Origin: Blastocatellales bacterium
Lineage (GTDB): Bacteria; Acidobacteriota; Blastocatellia; RBC074
NCBI GenBank assembly: GCA_050247435.1
Contig: JBFWUF010000010.1
Span: forward strand, 65,824 to 129,823
Direction of reading: 5' to 3'
Length of the DNA: 64,000 nt
Below, piece by piece: positions 63,351 through 64,000 of the stretch. Within the stretch, counting starts at the first letter, position 1. Each line of letters starts with the position of its first letter. The position numbers were made by a program, and so were the translations under genes. Below the pieces are notes generated by a model, which did no database searches, had not been told where the DNA came from, and saw only the letters and a list, made by a program, of their open reading frames with translations.

Positions 63351-64000
63351 ATGAACTGCTGCGCGCGTTGTTCAGGTCAACTTCCGGTGTTCGCCGTCTT
63401 CTGTCCCCATTGCGCTCAGATCCACGAGCCGGACTTCGGCCAATTGATCAATATGACAATTGGTGGGCGCTATCGAATCTATCGCCGTTTGGGCCAGGGA
63501 GGCCTTTCGACAATCTTCGCCGCGACCGACATCGAAACCGACAGCGTTGTAGCAATCAAGATTAGTGACCCTGCCCAATTGGTTCATCGCGAAATGAGCT
63601 ACGCCATTGACTCGAATCAGGCGCGAGGCTTCTGGGACGAAATGCTCGAAAGGATGCGGCGCGAAGCTGAGACGCTCACTCACATTGATCACCCGAACAT
63701 CGTGCGTTTTCACGGAACGGAGTTGATCAACGACGATCTGCGTTATGTGGCGATGGAGTTCCTGCGCGGGCGCACGCTGCGCGACGAGATGGATCGCGGC
63801 GGAGGCATTGATCCGGCAAAGGCAATCAGCATCGCGCTCGAAATCACTTCAGCGCTCAGCGAAGTCCACGCGCGCGGCATTGTGCACCGCGACATCAACC
63901 CAAGAAACATAATGATTGCGGAATGCGGATCGCAGGAATCATTGTCGCCTGAAACACCAGCGCCGCAATCCGCAATCCGCAATCCGCAATCCGCAATCAA
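63351..64000 (+). CDS. Hanks-type Ser/Thr protein kinase with an N-terminal zinc ribbon (3' end outside window)
   Basis: Manual translation from ATG 63351 (RBS GGAGAAGG). Zinc ribbon CARCSGQ...[20 protein letters not shown] is the Gly loop, VAIK carries the catalytic Lys, and the catalytic loop is [10 protein letters not shown]. The ORF is absent from the ORF track because it has no stop within the window. Confidence 0.85.
   Translation, partial: MNCCARCSGQLPVFAVFCPHCAQIHEPDFGQLINMTIGGRYRIYRRLGQGGLSTIFAATDIETDSVVAIKISDPAQLVHREMSYAIDSNQARGFWDEMLERMRREAETLTHIDHPNIVRFHGTELINDDLRYVAMEFLRGRTLRDEMDRGGGIDPAKAISIALEITSALSEVHARGIVHRDINPRNIMIAECGSQESLSPETPAPQSAIRNPQSAI
63963..63998 (+). repeat. heptanucleotide tandem repeat (CCGCAAT) x5 inside the kinase coding frame
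   Basis: Units lie at 63963, 63970, 63977, 63984 and 63991. Read in the kinase frame they give [12 protein letters not shown]. Confidence 0.95.

Overview
Bacterial window, roughly 58-62% GC by eye (not computed). Gene content and repeat families suggest an Acidobacteriota-like soil organism, but this is inference only.

Layout:
- 1-39.3 kb: one large polysaccharide (EPS/O-antigen-like) biosynthesis locus. About 33 genes from 220 to 35855 all lie on the + strand.
  - They include a Wzy/O-antigen-ligase-like protein, five glycosyltransferases, UDP-GlcNAc 2-epimerase and a heparinase II/III-like protein.
  - Decoration genes include two AsnB-type amidotransferases, two formyltransferases and two SAM methyltransferases.
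  - Also present are FemAB/CelD-like and GNAT acyltransferases, and two tandem paralogous alpha/alpha-toroid proteins.
  - A low-GC sub-cassette (27.7-35.9 kb) encodes an LLM flavin oxidoreductase, a stand-alone adenylation enzyme, a formyltransferase, a carrier protein, a GNAT, an ATP-grasp ligase, a PHP phosphoesterase and a NodB deacetylase.
  - The locus closes with a convergent 1119-aa secreted beta-helix protein gene (35969-39328, - strand). This gene carries a near-perfect 516-bp tandem duplication. Its 5' 1.5 kb is a roughly 90%-identical inverted copy of a + strand paralog at 21.6-23.6 kb.
  - Four copies of a 90-175-bp palindromic REP/MITE-like element punctuate the locus.
- 39.3-40.0 kb: an ORF-free spacer that is partly AT-rich.
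- 40-64 kb: mixed housekeeping and catabolic genes.
  - These include an OCD-family plus proline-racemase-family pair with a trans-3-hydroxy-L-proline dehydratase signature, and a CUT2-type ABC permease pair with a fused binding protein and no ATPase.
  - Also present are an aldehyde dehydrogenase, an M20 peptidase, a threonine-synthase-like protein, an acyl-CoA dehydrogenase, a ThDP enzyme and an SDR.
  - A 1100-aa ClpA/B-like AAA+ protein and a truncated Ser/Thr kinase carrying an in-frame heptanucleotide repeat complete the window.

I recognised no rRNA, tRNA, CRISPR array, transposase or integrase. All functional calls come from motif and family recognition by eye; no database search was run.
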